NCBI GenBank assembly: GCA_951406725.2
Contig: OX597833.1
Coordinates: 1,612,001-1,676,000, forward strand
Length of the DNA stretch: 64,000 bases
Direction: 5' to 3'
Source of the DNA: Octopus vulgaris
Taxonomy: Eukaryota
Part shown: positions 1 through 13,159 of the stretch, in pieces
Layout: each line of letters starts with the position of its first letter
Numbering within the stretch: the first letter of the stretch is position 1
Made by a program: the position numbers and the translations under genes
The notes under the pieces: model-generated
Told to the model about the DNA's origin: nothing
Database searches by the model: none
What the model saw: only the letters and a program-made list of their open reading frames with translations

Positions 1-127
1 GCAGCTCTGTACGCATGTACATGGGTATGTACGAGTAAATGAATACATGTATACGTATATAAATGTATATATATATGTATGTATGTACGAGTATAAATAA
101 ATAAATATATATATATATTCTTTTCCT

Positions 128-385
128 TTTTTTACTTGTTTTAGTCATTTGACTGGAGCCATGCTGGGGCACCGCCTTAGTCGAAGAAATCGACCCCAGG
201 CCTTGTTCTTTGTAAGCCCAGTACTTATTCTATCGGTCTCTTTTACCAAACTGCTAAGTTACCGGGTCATATAGCCCGAGGCAATAGTAGAATACAGTTG
301 CCGAAGGTGCCACGCAGTGGGACTGAACCCTTGACCATGTGGGTTGAGAAGCAAGCTTCTTACCACACAACCACTCCCGCGCCGC
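128..385 (-). mobile_element. Family A tRNA-derived SINE, internally deleted copy
   Basis: Matches the tail (ttttacttgttttagtcatttgactg) and head (cgcagtgggactgaaccc...cttaccacacaaccactcc) of the full copy at 21738-22150. Confidence 0.8.
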
Positions 386-399
386 GTCTGTCCCGTTTT

Positions 400-517
<118 letters not shown>

Positions 518-1195
518 GAGATGAGGGCAATGGAAGCGCATTGCAAAAACTCTAATCAATTAACGCGCTTTTCTGTTATCAATGTTCGTTTCTGTGTGTA
601 GATACACACACACATATATATATACACATGTATAGAGACATTAATATGTAGACATGAATGTCTGCCTATCTTGTGGTCCGCACCGCTGCTTCAAAACCCT
701 GTTAGTTGGTTTACGTCGAAGTAACTATCAGGTCGGCATATGCGACCAATTCAATAAGTACCAATATTAAATCTTCAATAGATGCTGATATCGATTCCTG
801 CGACTGAAGCCCTTAACCAGTCCAATGACTTACACGAAATACAAGGATATAAGCTAACCTATCTTAAAGCAAATACACCCACACACCCACATATATCTAT
901 ATATATACACATACATATATACACATATACATACATATATACATATACACATATATATATATATATATATTTGTTTGTGTTTGCGTGTGTATGAGTTTGT
1001 GTCTGTAGGTGTATATATTAAATTTAGGTTTCTCAGTCTATTTATATACATGTCTATATATTTATAATTTTTATACACACACTCACGTAACTCAATATTT
1101 TATGTTTGTATGTACGTACATACGCATGCAAATACTTATGTATATATCTATCGTCTACCTTTGTCTCTCTAAATATATATATACATTATATATAT

Positions 1196-1277
<82 letters not shown>

Positions 1278-1359
1278 CATACATACACACACACACACAT
1301 ATATATATATACATACATTCATACACACACACACACACATATATATATATACATACATT

Positions 1360-1409
<50 letters not shown>

Positions 1410-1869
1410 TACACGCATACATGCACATATATATAGGCATTCTTTTGAAGCAATACAAATATGAAAGGTTTTTCTTTGATCGTTTGTGTGTGTATATGTA
1501 TAAATACATACATACATACACACAAACATATATATATATATATAATATATATATATATATTATGTATATATATATATGTATATATATATATATGGATGAA
1601 TATGATTATATATATAGATTTCTGCTATATCAATAATTTTATACACTTTTATATAAAGCCTCACTTTCATTTCAATATGGATTTATGAGACTTTTTCAAT
1701 AAAATATATGTTTCTTGGGAAATAACGAGCTGTTTCACAGATATAATTGGTAAACTGCAATTTTTTTCACGTACATCATTTTTTTGGTATACGCATATGT
1801 ACAGTACATACACACTCACACATATACATACAAATATTTACTACTTTATCTATTCCCATATACATACAT

Positions 1870-1918
<49 letters not shown>

Positions 1919-2553
1919 AATATAGATCATTTATGTGTGTATACTTATATATATATATATATATATATACATAAATATAGATCATTTATGTGTGTATATG
2001 TATATATATATATATATATATAAATATAGATCATTTATATGTGTGTATACGCATATATATATATATTTATATATATATATATATATATATAAATATATAT
2101 ACATACATAAACATAGATAATTTATATGTGTATATATATATATATATATAAATATATATCATTTATATGTGTGTATACATATATATATATATATAGATAG
2201 ATAGATATATATATTGGTGAATGTATGTGTGTTTGTGTGTGTGTGCATCTAAATGTTTTCTTTGTGTATATATATGTATGGATGTGTACTTCCCAAGATA
2301 TGAACTCAGCGATTTGCTGGAACATCTGCAGATTCATAAAACCGAACGATTCCGCCATGAAAATCTCGATTATCCTCACTTGTATCGTAGTATATGTATC
2401 GTCGCCCCTCTCTCTATCAAACAACTCTGGAAGATTATTTTATTATTTCACATATCTTACCATCCTTTCCCCCTTCATCGTCCCCGTTTACGTATACAAA
2501 ATGCATACATACACACACATACACACGCACACTCACACATAGTTATATATATA

Positions 2554-2730
2554 TAGGTGGGGGAGAGTTCATGAAAAAACAAAAGACGAAGACACGTGGT
2601 GTAGATGTATTTTGTATAACGCTCAGGAATAGAAAAAGTCTTTTACGTTTCGAGCCTACGCTCTTCTACAGAAAGGGACACCGAAAAAAACAAGGAGAGA
2701 AAAAATGTGTGTAGTGGCTACGGATCTATC
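2554..2730 (-). mobile_element. PLE pseudo-LTR-like element (family D2) with minimal hammerhead-like motif
   Basis: Minus strand reads cttt-CTGTAGA-a-gagc-gtag-gctc-GAAA-c-GTA-aaag; homologous to 24935-25125 and 26262-26428; flanked by TA-rich repeats. Confidence 0.7.
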
Positions 2731-2772
2731 ATATATATATATACATACATATATATATATATACATACATAC

Positions 2773-2817
<45 letters not shown>

Positions 2818-2968
2818 CATATATATATATATATACATACATATATATATATATACATACATATATATATATACATACATATATATATATACATACATAT
2901 ATATATACATACATATATATATATATACATACATATATATATACATACATATATATATATATACATAC

Positions 2969-3027
<59 letters not shown>

Positions 3028-3028
3028 C

Positions 3029-3059
<31 letters not shown>

Positions 3060-3111
3060 CATATACATACATATATGTATGTATGTATATATATATATGT
3101 ATGTATATGTA
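2730..3111. repeat. Compound (TA)n/(TACA)n microsatellite
   Basis: Seen directly. Confidence 0.95.
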
Positions 3112-4004
3112 TACTAAGCGCTACACAAAATAACCGGAACCCTTCTCTTGAATAAACCCCTTGTAGTTTGTGCTTCTGCCACTAGAAACGTCTTGATGGA
3201 ACCCTTAAACTGACGTCTTAGGGCGTCAGTCTACCGACCGGCCTTGTTCCGTGAGGTCGTACTGCCACCTGGTGTGCCTTTGTTTTGCAGTGTTTTCCCC
3301 GTATATGTGCGATGCCTGCAACGTAGTAACTGCGTGCTCCTGTGAAATCCTGTGTTCTCCCAAGGAAAATGGCAGCTGAAACAATTGTCATGCTTCAAAC
3401 AGCTTACAGGGATGCTACCATGAGCAAGACAAAATTTACTAGTGGTTTTCACGCTGTAGTAACGGTTACTTCCCGTTTGAAACCCAACCTCGTTCAGGGC
3501 GACCGTCGACCTCTCGAAGGAATGAAAACATCATAAAAATTCATGATCTTGGAGGACCGTTACCAAACAATTGACAAACTTGTTGATATGATTGGTGTGT
3601 CTTGGTGCTCCTGCCAACGAACTTTGAGTGAGGAACTGCAGATGTAACGAGTTTTAGCAAAATGTGTGCCTCGCTTGGTCATGGAAGATCAAAAGCATTC
3701 ATGACTGAATGCGTGTTGTGAAATGAAAGAACAGTTGGAAGATGATCCAGAAATTTTTATCGAAGGGCATGACTGGTGATGAAAGCTGGTGCCACGGAAT
3801 TTGCAGATGTGGAAGAGGTGAAGGAAAAAAAGGACATCACTTCGCAAGAGCCCCAGCACTGCTTCAAACAGTGGAGAACGCGTCTGGATTGATGCATTGC
3901 TTCAAATGGAGAATATTTTGAAGGGGATAAAAGTGTAAACGTGTCAGACTAAGGGAATAAAATGATATTACAAAATTCTGGTTTCTTTTGGGTTCCCCCA
4001 CGTA
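3112..4004 (+). mobile_element. Mariner-type DNA transposon remnant with internally deleted transposase pseudogene
   Basis: Translates, with stops and frameshifts, to AAETIVMLQTAYRDATMS, QPRSGRPSTS, AKCVPRLV, TGDESWCH, then jumps to FADVEEVKE and CIASNGEYFEG. Degenerate TIRs at about 3112-3140 and 3972-4004. Confidence 0.9.
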
Positions 4005-4098
4005 TATATGTCAAAATTAAGAGAAGATCAAGTATAACTTGTTAGTTCCTACGTACCAACTGCTATGTTGAAACGTACAGAAGAACTAATAACTCATG

Positions 4099-4183
<85 letters not shown>

Positions 4184-4715
4184 TTATTGAGCGACCCTAT
4201 ATATATATATATTCATAAAACAATGCGAACGCATTGATATATATATATAATATGCTTCCCTATATATGCTCTGTATAATATACCTAGTAACTCTACTAAA
4301 TACTGTCATAAACTAACCACGATGCTGGAAGCGAGTGGATAATAGTAATCAGCGTGGGTCGCTAGGTCATGCACAAAAAGATCATTTGCCTAATTGTACA
4401 CAGCCATTTCAGTCGCCGTACTATCTTCTGGTTCATCCTCAGTGTTCCCTTCAAACAAACGCACATCTCTTAAGAAACATTAAATCCTCCAAACTAATTA
4501 TTCTGTCTAGTGCCGGGAAATAATTTATCCTCTAGTTAGTACTGAAGGATTATAAACGCTTGTAGGGTCCCTAATGTATATATTACTTTTACATATTGGT
4601 GCAATATATATAAAACAACTGGTGATACAGTTCTATATCTAAGAGATAAGGAATTATGTACATTATTTACATTATTTACATTTCACGGATATCTGTCCTC
4701 ATCTCGTTTGTTGTT

Positions 4716-4761
4716 AACACAACGTTTCGGCTGATATACCCTCCAGCCTTCTTCAGGTGTC
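4716..4761 (-). ncRNA. Type I minimal hammerhead ribozyme motif
   Basis: gacac-CTGAAGA-a-ggctg-gagggtatat-cagcc-GAAA-c-GTT-gtgtt: helix I and helix II pair fully, core intact, helix III is a loopless palindrome. Confidence 0.8.
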
Positions 4762-4857
4762 TTGGGGAAATTTCGAACCTGGGTTCTCATTCCTAAGGTA
4801 TTTTTTGATATTATTATTATTATTATTACTATTATTATTATTATTATTATTGTTGTT

Positions 4858-4932
4858 CAGGTCACTGCTTGGAATCGAACTCGGAATCTTGGGGTTAGTA
4901 GTCCGCGCTCTTAACCACTACGCCATATGCCC
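4858..4932 (-). promoter_or_regulatory. tRNA-derived Pol III head (A and B boxes)
   Basis: Minus strand has A box tggcgtagtggt and B box gagttcgattcc at tRNA-like spacing; no intact acceptor stem. Confidence 0.8.
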
Positions 4933-6557
4933 GTGGACATATGTCGTAGTGGTTAATTGGTTCTTCAGGTGTCTTCCTCAAGACACCTGAAGAAATTCGG
5001 AGGGTATATCAGCTGAAATGTTGTGTTAACAACAAACAAGATGAGGACAAATATCCGTCGAAGTAAATAATGTAAGTAATGTAAATAATGTAATTAACTG
5101 GTGACTTTTCAATTAAAATAAGTATCAGATTCAAACCTAACTAAACTGGCAGAGGTATTTAAAAAACACGTGATGTACTGTACTGCATCGAATAAAGGCG
5201 TATACACCAGCAGGCAAAATCCTCGTGAATGTCCATGCTTTCATTTAGTATGAACCCAATTCCACAGTCGCCTCTAAACGTAAAAGCACAGAAAAGTTTT
5301 TCGCTCAAACTCATGAAATATAAACCAAGCAACATCAAGAATGTAAGACTATAACATGCGTGAATAGTGAAAGGGGGGATCAGCTTTGAACGAGATCAAT
5401 TAGTCGTTCCCATCGACATTAGTTCTCGATTAGTGTTTTATTTTAAGTACAAGGCATGAATGAAAAGTAAATTTAACCACGGAAGAATTTGAAAGAGTAA
5501 AGAACTGCAATATATATCACCATAATTATTTCCTAATGTTTAACGATTGTGTCTATCCTGCGCCCTTCATCCATTAATAGTTAAAAACACATTCATAAAT
5601 TGAACACAAAATTTAACAGATATATGAAAGCAATTGCTGCTCTCTCTGAAAGCGTTTGCCTAATCAACGGTGACTGCTATAAAAATACACTCAGCCAACG
5701 ATACGTCTTATGAAAGAATATTGATTATATTGGGGAGTGGGATGACTACAAATCAATTTAAAAACATACTCTGTTGACATTCTTATACATTTTGAACTTT
5801 ACAAAGTGGAATTGACAAAGCGAGATCAATAAATTTCCGGGTTATAAAAAATAAAAATACACACTGCATTATGAAATGGTGATTCTTAAATGAAAGAGTA
5901 GATTGTTCATAATCAAGTGCTTTCTGTCGAATTTGCACGCTAGGAAATTTATCAATCTTGAATTTTGAATCACTAATCCTAAAACATTGAATAAACATAT
6001 AGAATGAATTTGATTATGCCTCCATGCAAGGAGAAATCTCATTGAATCCAATAACCGCATTCGATCAGTTACAACAACGGCAAAAAAACAAAGAATATCT
6101 AAAAATAAAAACACAAGTGTTTCTCTTCCCACGTCAAATGTATTTAATGTTGTAATTCTTAATAATGTCATAGTGACTCGCCATACATTGCTGTCTTGGC
6201 AGAATTCTTAGAATGAATATACGAATTCAATAAACCGCATTATTCATTTCCGAAATAGCTCGCCTTTATATGAAGGTGACCTATTTTTTGTCACAAAGGG
6301 AAGCATTTGACTTTTAACTTTTTTCTATTTTTACACCCACACATGTCATTGCCATCGGGCTATTTTTATCAGACAAACACACTCATTCAGCTCGACATTC
6401 ACACATATGAAACCGTTTAAAATTTTTCACAGACACATACCTACACACTGACACAAATATAGAAATACACAGAGGCGGGAATGGAAACGTTTAAACTAAT
6501 ACCGAGACATGAAACAAGAATAAACGCAACAGTCAGTGAGTACATATATGCTAAACC

Positions 6558-6944
6558 GTGGAGGCGCAATGGCCCAGTGGTTAGGGCAGCGGACTCGCGG
6601 TCATAGGATCGCGATTTCGATTCCCAGACCGGGCGTTGTGAGTGTTTATTGAGCAAAAACACCTAAAGCTCCACGATGCTGCGGCAGGGGATGGTGGTGA
6701 TCCCTGCTGTACTCTTTCACCACAACTTTCTCTCACTCTTACTTCCTGTTTCTGTTGTACCTGTATTTCAAGGGGCCGGCCTTGTCACTCTCTGTGTCAC
6801 GCTGAATATCCCCGAGAACTACGTTAAGGCTACACGTGTCTGTGGAGTACTCAGCCACTTACACGTTAATTTCACGAGCAGGCTGTTCCGTTGATTCGGA
6901 TCAACCGGAACCCTCGTCGTCGTAACCGACGGAGTGCTTCCCCC
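6558..6944 (+). mobile_element. Family B tRNA(Arg)-like SINE, full length, tail type 1
   Basis: A box tggcccagtggt, B box tttcgattccc, TCG in the anticodon-like loop; 13-bp TSD tatatgctaaacc at 6545-6557 and 6945-6957. Probably an octopus OR-type SINE (not verified). Confidence 0.9.
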
Positions 6945-7479
6945 TATATGCTAAACCAAACGATATACAACCAGACATCACAGTCGAGTTCCTTTGCCTT
7001 TACAGAATCAAAATATGAAGGCAAATTTATGAATTACGGAGATCACGGATTTTTGTCAGTGAACAGGTCGCGGTCTTACAGCGACGAAAATATTTTGACA
7101 AATTAAACTTAAATGTTGAAGTGAATCGAACGGCTTTTGTGTGTTTCTTAAATGGCTTACAAACACCTTGCACGCTGAAAATTTATGAATCTTTTACGAT
7201 ATTGTCTATAAATGCAAGTAATATAGGAATTAATTCAGCCTCAGCCTATATTCAACACAACTGAAATAAATAAGAATCATAGAGCGACATATTTTCTTCT
7301 ATCACAGCCATTTATTCAGTATATTTAAACCAAATCTCTGTTCGACAGAAGTTTAAATCAAATGTATTCTATAAATGTCCGACATAATAAAAACTGAAGA
7401 GCTGTATAACAGTTTTTATTTATTTGAAATGATTTTTACACACGCTGACACACACACACACATATCTATATACAGGAGT

Positions 7480-7690
7480 AAAAAAAAATAGTACTTGAAA
7501 ACAAAGGTAGAGTAATGCGCTTTTTTTTTATTACAAAAACATCACAGAAAACTGTTACTCTGAGGTTCGCATTTCCGTTCGTCGGACAACTGTGATGAAG
7601 ACTCTTGATCACAGTTTTCCGGTGAATGGAAACGTGAAACTCAGAGTAACAATTTTAGTGAGGTGCCTTGCAACTTTAATAAAAAGTGTA
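7480..7690. mobile_element. Inverted-repeat PLE-like fragment with degenerate hammerhead motifs in both arms
   Basis: Arms 7541-7596 and 7608-7661 are reverse complements; homologue at 11453-11570. Confidence 0.6.
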
Positions 7691-7735
7691 CATACATACA
7701 TACATATTTATACATACATATACATAGATATACAC

Positions 7736-7785
<50 letters not shown>

Positions 7786-7788
<3 letters not shown>

Positions 7789-8046
7789 GAGGCGCAATGT
7801 CCCAGTGGTTAGGGCAGAGGACTCGCGGTCGTAGGATCGTGGTTTCGATTTCCAGACCGGGCGTTGTGAGTGTTTATGGAGCGAAAACTCCTAAAAGCTC
7901 CACGAGGCTCCGTCATGGGGTGGTGTCGATCCCTGCTGTACTCTTTCGCCACAACTTTCTCTCACTCTTTCTTCTGTTGGCCTGCTCGCTTAGCCAGCGG
8001 GGTGGCGTCATCCGAAGGCTGAAACAATGCGAACGTATTGTGACCA
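7786..8046 (+). mobile_element. Family B SINE, tail type 2
   Basis: Same head and body as 6558 up to tctctcactct, then a different 3' end (ggcctgctcgcttagccagcgggg...aacaatgcgaacgtattg). Confidence 0.85.
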
Positions 8047-8083
8047 CGTGATCACGAGATATATATATATGTATGTATGTTTG

Positions 8084-8174
<91 letters not shown>

Positions 8175-8178
<4 letters not shown>

Positions 8179-8253
8179 AGATCTCAGTAAAACCACAGCA
8201 CTTGAAAGGCAAACACAGCCTTTCAAGTGCTGTGGTTTTACTGAGATCTCCCT
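8175..8253. repeat. Perfect 36-bp inverted repeat with 7-nt loop
   Basis: agggagatctcagtaaaaccacagcacttgaaaggc / aaacaca / exact reverse complement. Confidence 0.95.
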
Positions 8254-8449
8254 TTTAGTAGAAAGAATAGCTATAACTCTTTGACTGCTATTTCTAAATT
8301 CGGTGTGTGGTGAGGCAAATCGTTGCTAAACTCTTAATTACTTAGTATTACTTAAACTTTCCTTGAATGGGGCTTTTACATGCCGAAATCTACTTGGTGA
8401 AATTAATGATTATTCCAAATTAATTAATTAATTTCACCCTATATTATTA

Positions 8450-8528
<79 letters not shown>

Positions 8529-8789
8529 CTATATATACTGTATTTGATGGTCTATAAGACGCACGAGTACGTAAAACGCACCATAGCCTAGGCTATACTT
8601 TTGGAAAATATATTGCGACGATTCAGTAGAAGGCAGCACACGTTTTGTAAACAAAAGCCGTAAAGTGTTTACGACGCCGTTACAGATATCGGATAACAAA
8701 ATATCAATAACAACATGTATAATAATTATAACAACATACAATAATTATGCTATTAGGAATAGTAATCGTGATGATGATAATATGATGAT

Positions 8790-8806
8790 GATAAATAATA
8801 ATAATG

Positions 8807-8843
<37 letters not shown>

Positions 8844-8994
8844 TAATAATAATGATAATAATAATAATAATAATAATAATAACTATAATAATAATAATAA
8901 CAATAATAACAATAATAATAATAACAATAGTAACAATAATAATAATGATGATAACAATAACAACAATAATAATAACAATAATAATAACAATAAC

Positions 8995-9053
<59 letters not shown>

Positions 9054-9057
9054 TAAC
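8790..9057. repeat. (AAT)n/(AAC)n microsatellite
   Basis: Seen directly. Confidence 0.95.
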
Positions 9058-9559
9058 CTAATGTTCTTTTTTAAAAAAATGGGCTATTACAATATCACAA
9101 AGGGTTAGGCTAGGCTACTGGACTACATCTACAACATCTCTGATGTATAATTTCCGCCAACCTTGGGCGCAGGGGGGTGAGGTTAAAGCTATTTTGGGGT
9201 ATGAAAAATGTGTCTAATAGGCAATCAAACACAGTATATATATATTGTATACGCGTGGAAATGGCGGTTACAACGGAACGCTTTCGTTAAGAAAAGAGAA
9301 ACACGTCTGAGTTTGTCGTAGGTTACACTATACGTTGTTGAATCTCCTCCAGAAATTCTCACTGAGGATATTCAAAATTCAATGGTTTTGTATATGGAAT
9401 TCTATATCTGAAATTAAGGAATTGTGTATGGAAACAGCTGTAGGTTGGAATTTCTTTGTATAATTTGAATGACTTTAGATAAAACCATCTGCCTGAATTT
9501 TCTTTCCCTTTTCTTATTTTAAAAATTATATATATATTTATATATATATGGTCTTTCAA

Positions 9560-9770
9560 TATGTGACCTAGTGAGTACCGCTGCCGATTTTTTTCCCTCT
9601 GTCTTCCCTTCTCGGGATCTTTCCTTCTCCTATGTTTCCGACGAAGAGTTCCGCTCGAAACGTTAAACCCTCCTTCTTCCCTTCTTTCCTGAGCGTCCAA
9701 TAATACTTTATTTGTTCCACGTCCTCGCGTTCCTGTGTTTGTTTGTTTTTCTGTGTTTTCTTGTTTGGAT

Positions 9771-9776
<6 letters not shown>
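9560..9776 (+). mobile_element. PLE pseudo-LTR-like element (family D1) with hammerhead-like motif at 9634-9668
   Basis: gttt-CCGACGA-a-gagt-tcc-gctc-GAAA-c-GTT-aaac; ends ttgtttggattaac followed by (TA)n. Confidence 0.75.
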
Positions 9777-9833
<57 letters not shown>

Positions 9834-10874
9834 TTCAACAGTTTCTGCCTTTCAAATACCGTTCAGAAATTATAAGGGAAACTTTGGGTGACATAGTCGA
9901 CACCTTTCAAAAAGTGACGCTCATAGGGATCGAAATGCGGTTCACACGCCTGTAGTTTTAAAACAAACGTCTTAAGCGACACAGCCATACTTGGTTGTAA
10001 TCATCTCACATCAACGTAATGCGAGATTATTTACATAATGGAATGTAAACATTGAGATTCTAGGAAGCAAATGGCGGTATATGCTGGCAATTAGTAGGAA
10101 TAAATAATTGAAAAGAGAAATAAATTGGTTCGCTTTGAGGAAGAGGAAAGGTTAAACGTGACATTTAACGATTTGTAGGAGAGATGAATGCATGATGTAA
10201 TGGTTATGTCCAAATGTTAGACTTTTCCCCATTCTCAGGCCACACCAGGAACAATTTATTTCACCTTTTGAACTGCTTGTTGTTATGATGCACTTCACTC
10301 TGCTATAATTTTGAATCACCCTGACACTTATTCGCACTTAAATCTGCAATAAATGGTTACGCTATCGACTGACGTGTTATAAATTATCACACGGAATTTA
10401 TTCAACGTAAATATTATATCTTCGTTTTTTTTTTCTTCGTCTATATTCCTAGACGGTACTACAGATCTGCATGTATCAGTGAGCAATGAAACAGTCGAAC
10501 GAGGTGTCTAAGTGAAATCAAATAAAAAGGTTATGTATGGTGTATAACACAAATTTTACATTTATTGTGTTGAGGCTTTCATCATCGTACTTACACCAAC
10601 CACGATTATACAAACAGATTCTCTTTTTTTTCATTTTTGTCATTAAAATGTGTGTAGGAAGACGGCAGGTTATCAGTTGTTAGTCCGTGGGATCTGTGAA
10701 ATTTGCTGCGATTTTCTGTGCTTTTGATTTCAAATTTCAATCGCATCGAATTTAGCTCGCTGCACTTCGAGCCAAATTCGATGCCAGAGACTATAAGAGT
10801 TTTGGAATTGGATTTCTTTCTGCTGTCTCTCTCTTCCCTCATATACGTTCTGGAAATTGACTATAAGCGATAAT

Positions 10875-11093
10875 AAGTAGCGAGGTGTAGTTTTAGGGGT
10901 CTTGAAAGAGCGCCTGGACAAGTTTCTATCTGAAACAACGCCAGCTAAACCTACATCGGGGCACTAGGTACAAAGAAAAGCAGCCCCGCCAGACTTGCAT
11001 TGTTGACGAAAACAGTACTGACAAGAAACCCAAATATACTGAAGGGCGGTGCTCCAGCATGGCCCCAGCATCTGGCTGAAATTAGTAAAAGAT
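10875..11093 (+). mobile_element. Degenerate CR1/L2-type LINE 3' end
   Basis: GVVLGVLKERLDKFLSETTPAKPTS aligns with GVDADVFKMKLDLFLSGVPDEPTS at about 59560; ends in the same ggcggtgctccagcatggcc tail. Confidence 0.7.
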
Positions 11094-11188
11094 GATATAT
11101 ATATTTTCACTTCCCGAGCGTTATACTAATACATGTTTGTTGTCTACACCACCTGTCTTCGTCTTTGGTTTTTGTTTTGTGAATTCTC

Positions 11189-11261
<73 letters not shown>

Positions 11262-11285
11262 TATACGTATATGTATATGTATGTA

Positions 11286-11429
<144 letters not shown>

Positions 11430-11828
11430 TGAGTAAGCAAAAGAAATTGTTAAAAAATAGTGCTCGAATACCGAAGATAGAGTAATATTTTTTTTTACTT
11501 AAACCTGAGAAAATATCACAAAAACTACTTCTCGGCTTCACGTTCCCGTTCGTCAGGCAAATGTGATCGAGAATGCAACAAAGTTGTATTGGTACACGTA
11601 ATATATGATTTGTATAATCCATTATAATTGGTTCGTTAATAAAAAATTATATAGACAGACACACAGAGTCATTATGCCAATATAATAAACACACACATAC
11701 ACACACACACAAACACACACACACACTGGTTCAATTCTACTCATTAAAAAATTTCGATCGTGTTGGTTTCGCCTGTCAAAGCTGTTTCGTTGCTCTTTGC
11801 AGCCTTCGCAGATTATCAATGGCCACGT

Positions 11829-12217
11829 TTTTTTTTGGAAGCACTCCGTCGGTTACGACGGCGAGGGTTCCGGTTGATCCGATCAACGGAACAGCCTGCT
11901 CGTGAAATTAACGTGTAAGTGGCTGAGCACTCCACAGACACGTGTACCCTTAACGTAGTTCTCGGGGATATTCAGCGTGACACAGAGAGTGACAAGGCCG
12001 GCCCCTTGAAATACAGGTACAACAGAAACAGGAAGTAAGAGTGAGAGAAAGTTGTGGTGAAAGAGTACAGCAGGGAACACCACCATCCCCTGCCGGAGCC
12101 TCGTGGAGCTTTAGGTGTTTTCGCTCAATAAACACTCACAACGCGCGGTCTGGGAATTGAAACCGCGATCCTATGACCGCGAGTCCGCTGCCCTAACCAC
12201 TGGGCCATTGCGCCTCC
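11829..12217 (-). mobile_element. Family B SINE, full length, tail type 1
   Basis: Reverse complement of 6558-6944; short poly(A); TSD aat(g/a)gccacgt at 11818-11828 and 12218-12228. Confidence 0.9.
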
Positions 12218-12369
12218 AATAGCCACGTAGAAGGTTGACAGATGCAACGAAATCACTTTCACAAGCAAAAACGAAAGGATCGGATAATTAGGAAATTAGT
12301 TGAAAGGATCCAGTATGAGTGCTTATTATATTGACATAGTGGCTCTCCCTAGACACAGTAAGATTATAT

Positions 12370-12740
12370 ACTCTTTTACTCTCTCTTTTACTTGCTTCAG
12401 TCATTTGACTGTGGCCATGCTGGAGTACCGCCTTTCAATCGAGCAAATCGACCTCGGGACTTATTCTTTGTAAGCCCAGTACTTATTCTATCGGTCTCTT
12501 TTGCCGAACCGCTAAGTGACGGGGACGTAAACACACCAACATCGGTTGTCCAGCAATGCTAGTAGGACAAACACAGACACACAAACACATACACACACAT
12601 ACATGTATACGACAGGCTTCTTTCAGTTTCCGTCTACCAAATCCACTCACTTGGCTTTGGTCGGCCCGGGGCTATAGCAGAAGAACCCGGAACCATGTGG
12701 TTGGTTAGCAAGCTACTTACCACAGCCACTCCTGCGCCTA
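12370..12740 (-). mobile_element. Family A SINE
   Basis: Reverse complement of 21738-22150 with a small internal deletion. Confidence 0.9.
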
Positions 12741-12762
12741 TATATATATATATATATATATA

Positions 12763-12955
12763 AAGTTAATCCAAACAAGAAAGCACAAAAAAAAAACACA
12801 ACAACGCGAGGACGTGGAACAAATATAGTATTATTGGACGCTCAGGAACGAAGGAGGATTTAACGTTTCGAGCGGAGCTCTTCGTCGGAAACATAGGAGA
12901 AGGAAAGATCCAGAGAAGGGAAGACAGAGGAAAAAAAAATCGCCAACGGTACACA
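12763..12955 (-). mobile_element. Family D1 hammerhead-bearing element (core 12859-12892)
   Basis: Reverse complement of 9560-9776; abuts (TA)n. Confidence 0.75.
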
Positions 12956-13122
12956 CGTATGTATAAGTATAACTCGTAATCAAGATAGCAATCCTATCCT
13001 CTCTCTGTCAAACACATAGTTTACAGTAAAGGACGAGACAAGTACCGCACATCAGACGATATAGTGCAAGGAAACAAAGATGTATTTGGAACTAAATTAT
13101 TCGTAGCAGTTCTTGCTTTTCT

Positions 13123-13159
<37 letters not shown>

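Larger units (their letters stand above)
4626..5095. mobile_element. Palindromic non-autonomous element: back-to-back tRNA-like heads, (AAT)n, hammerhead-bearing arms
   Basis: Inverted arms about 4656-4765 and 4980-5094; central hairpin 4911-4956; 9-bp direct repeat aactggtga at 4617-4625 and 5096-5104. Confidence 0.8.

Noticed and set aside
2280-2500. Possible exon in a unique island between microsatellites
   Set aside because: No recognisable domain or convincing splice sites.
4858-4932. Functional tRNA gene (also 35969-36044 and the SINE heads)
   Set aside because: A and B boxes are present, but there is no intact acceptor stem and each is embedded in repeated elements.
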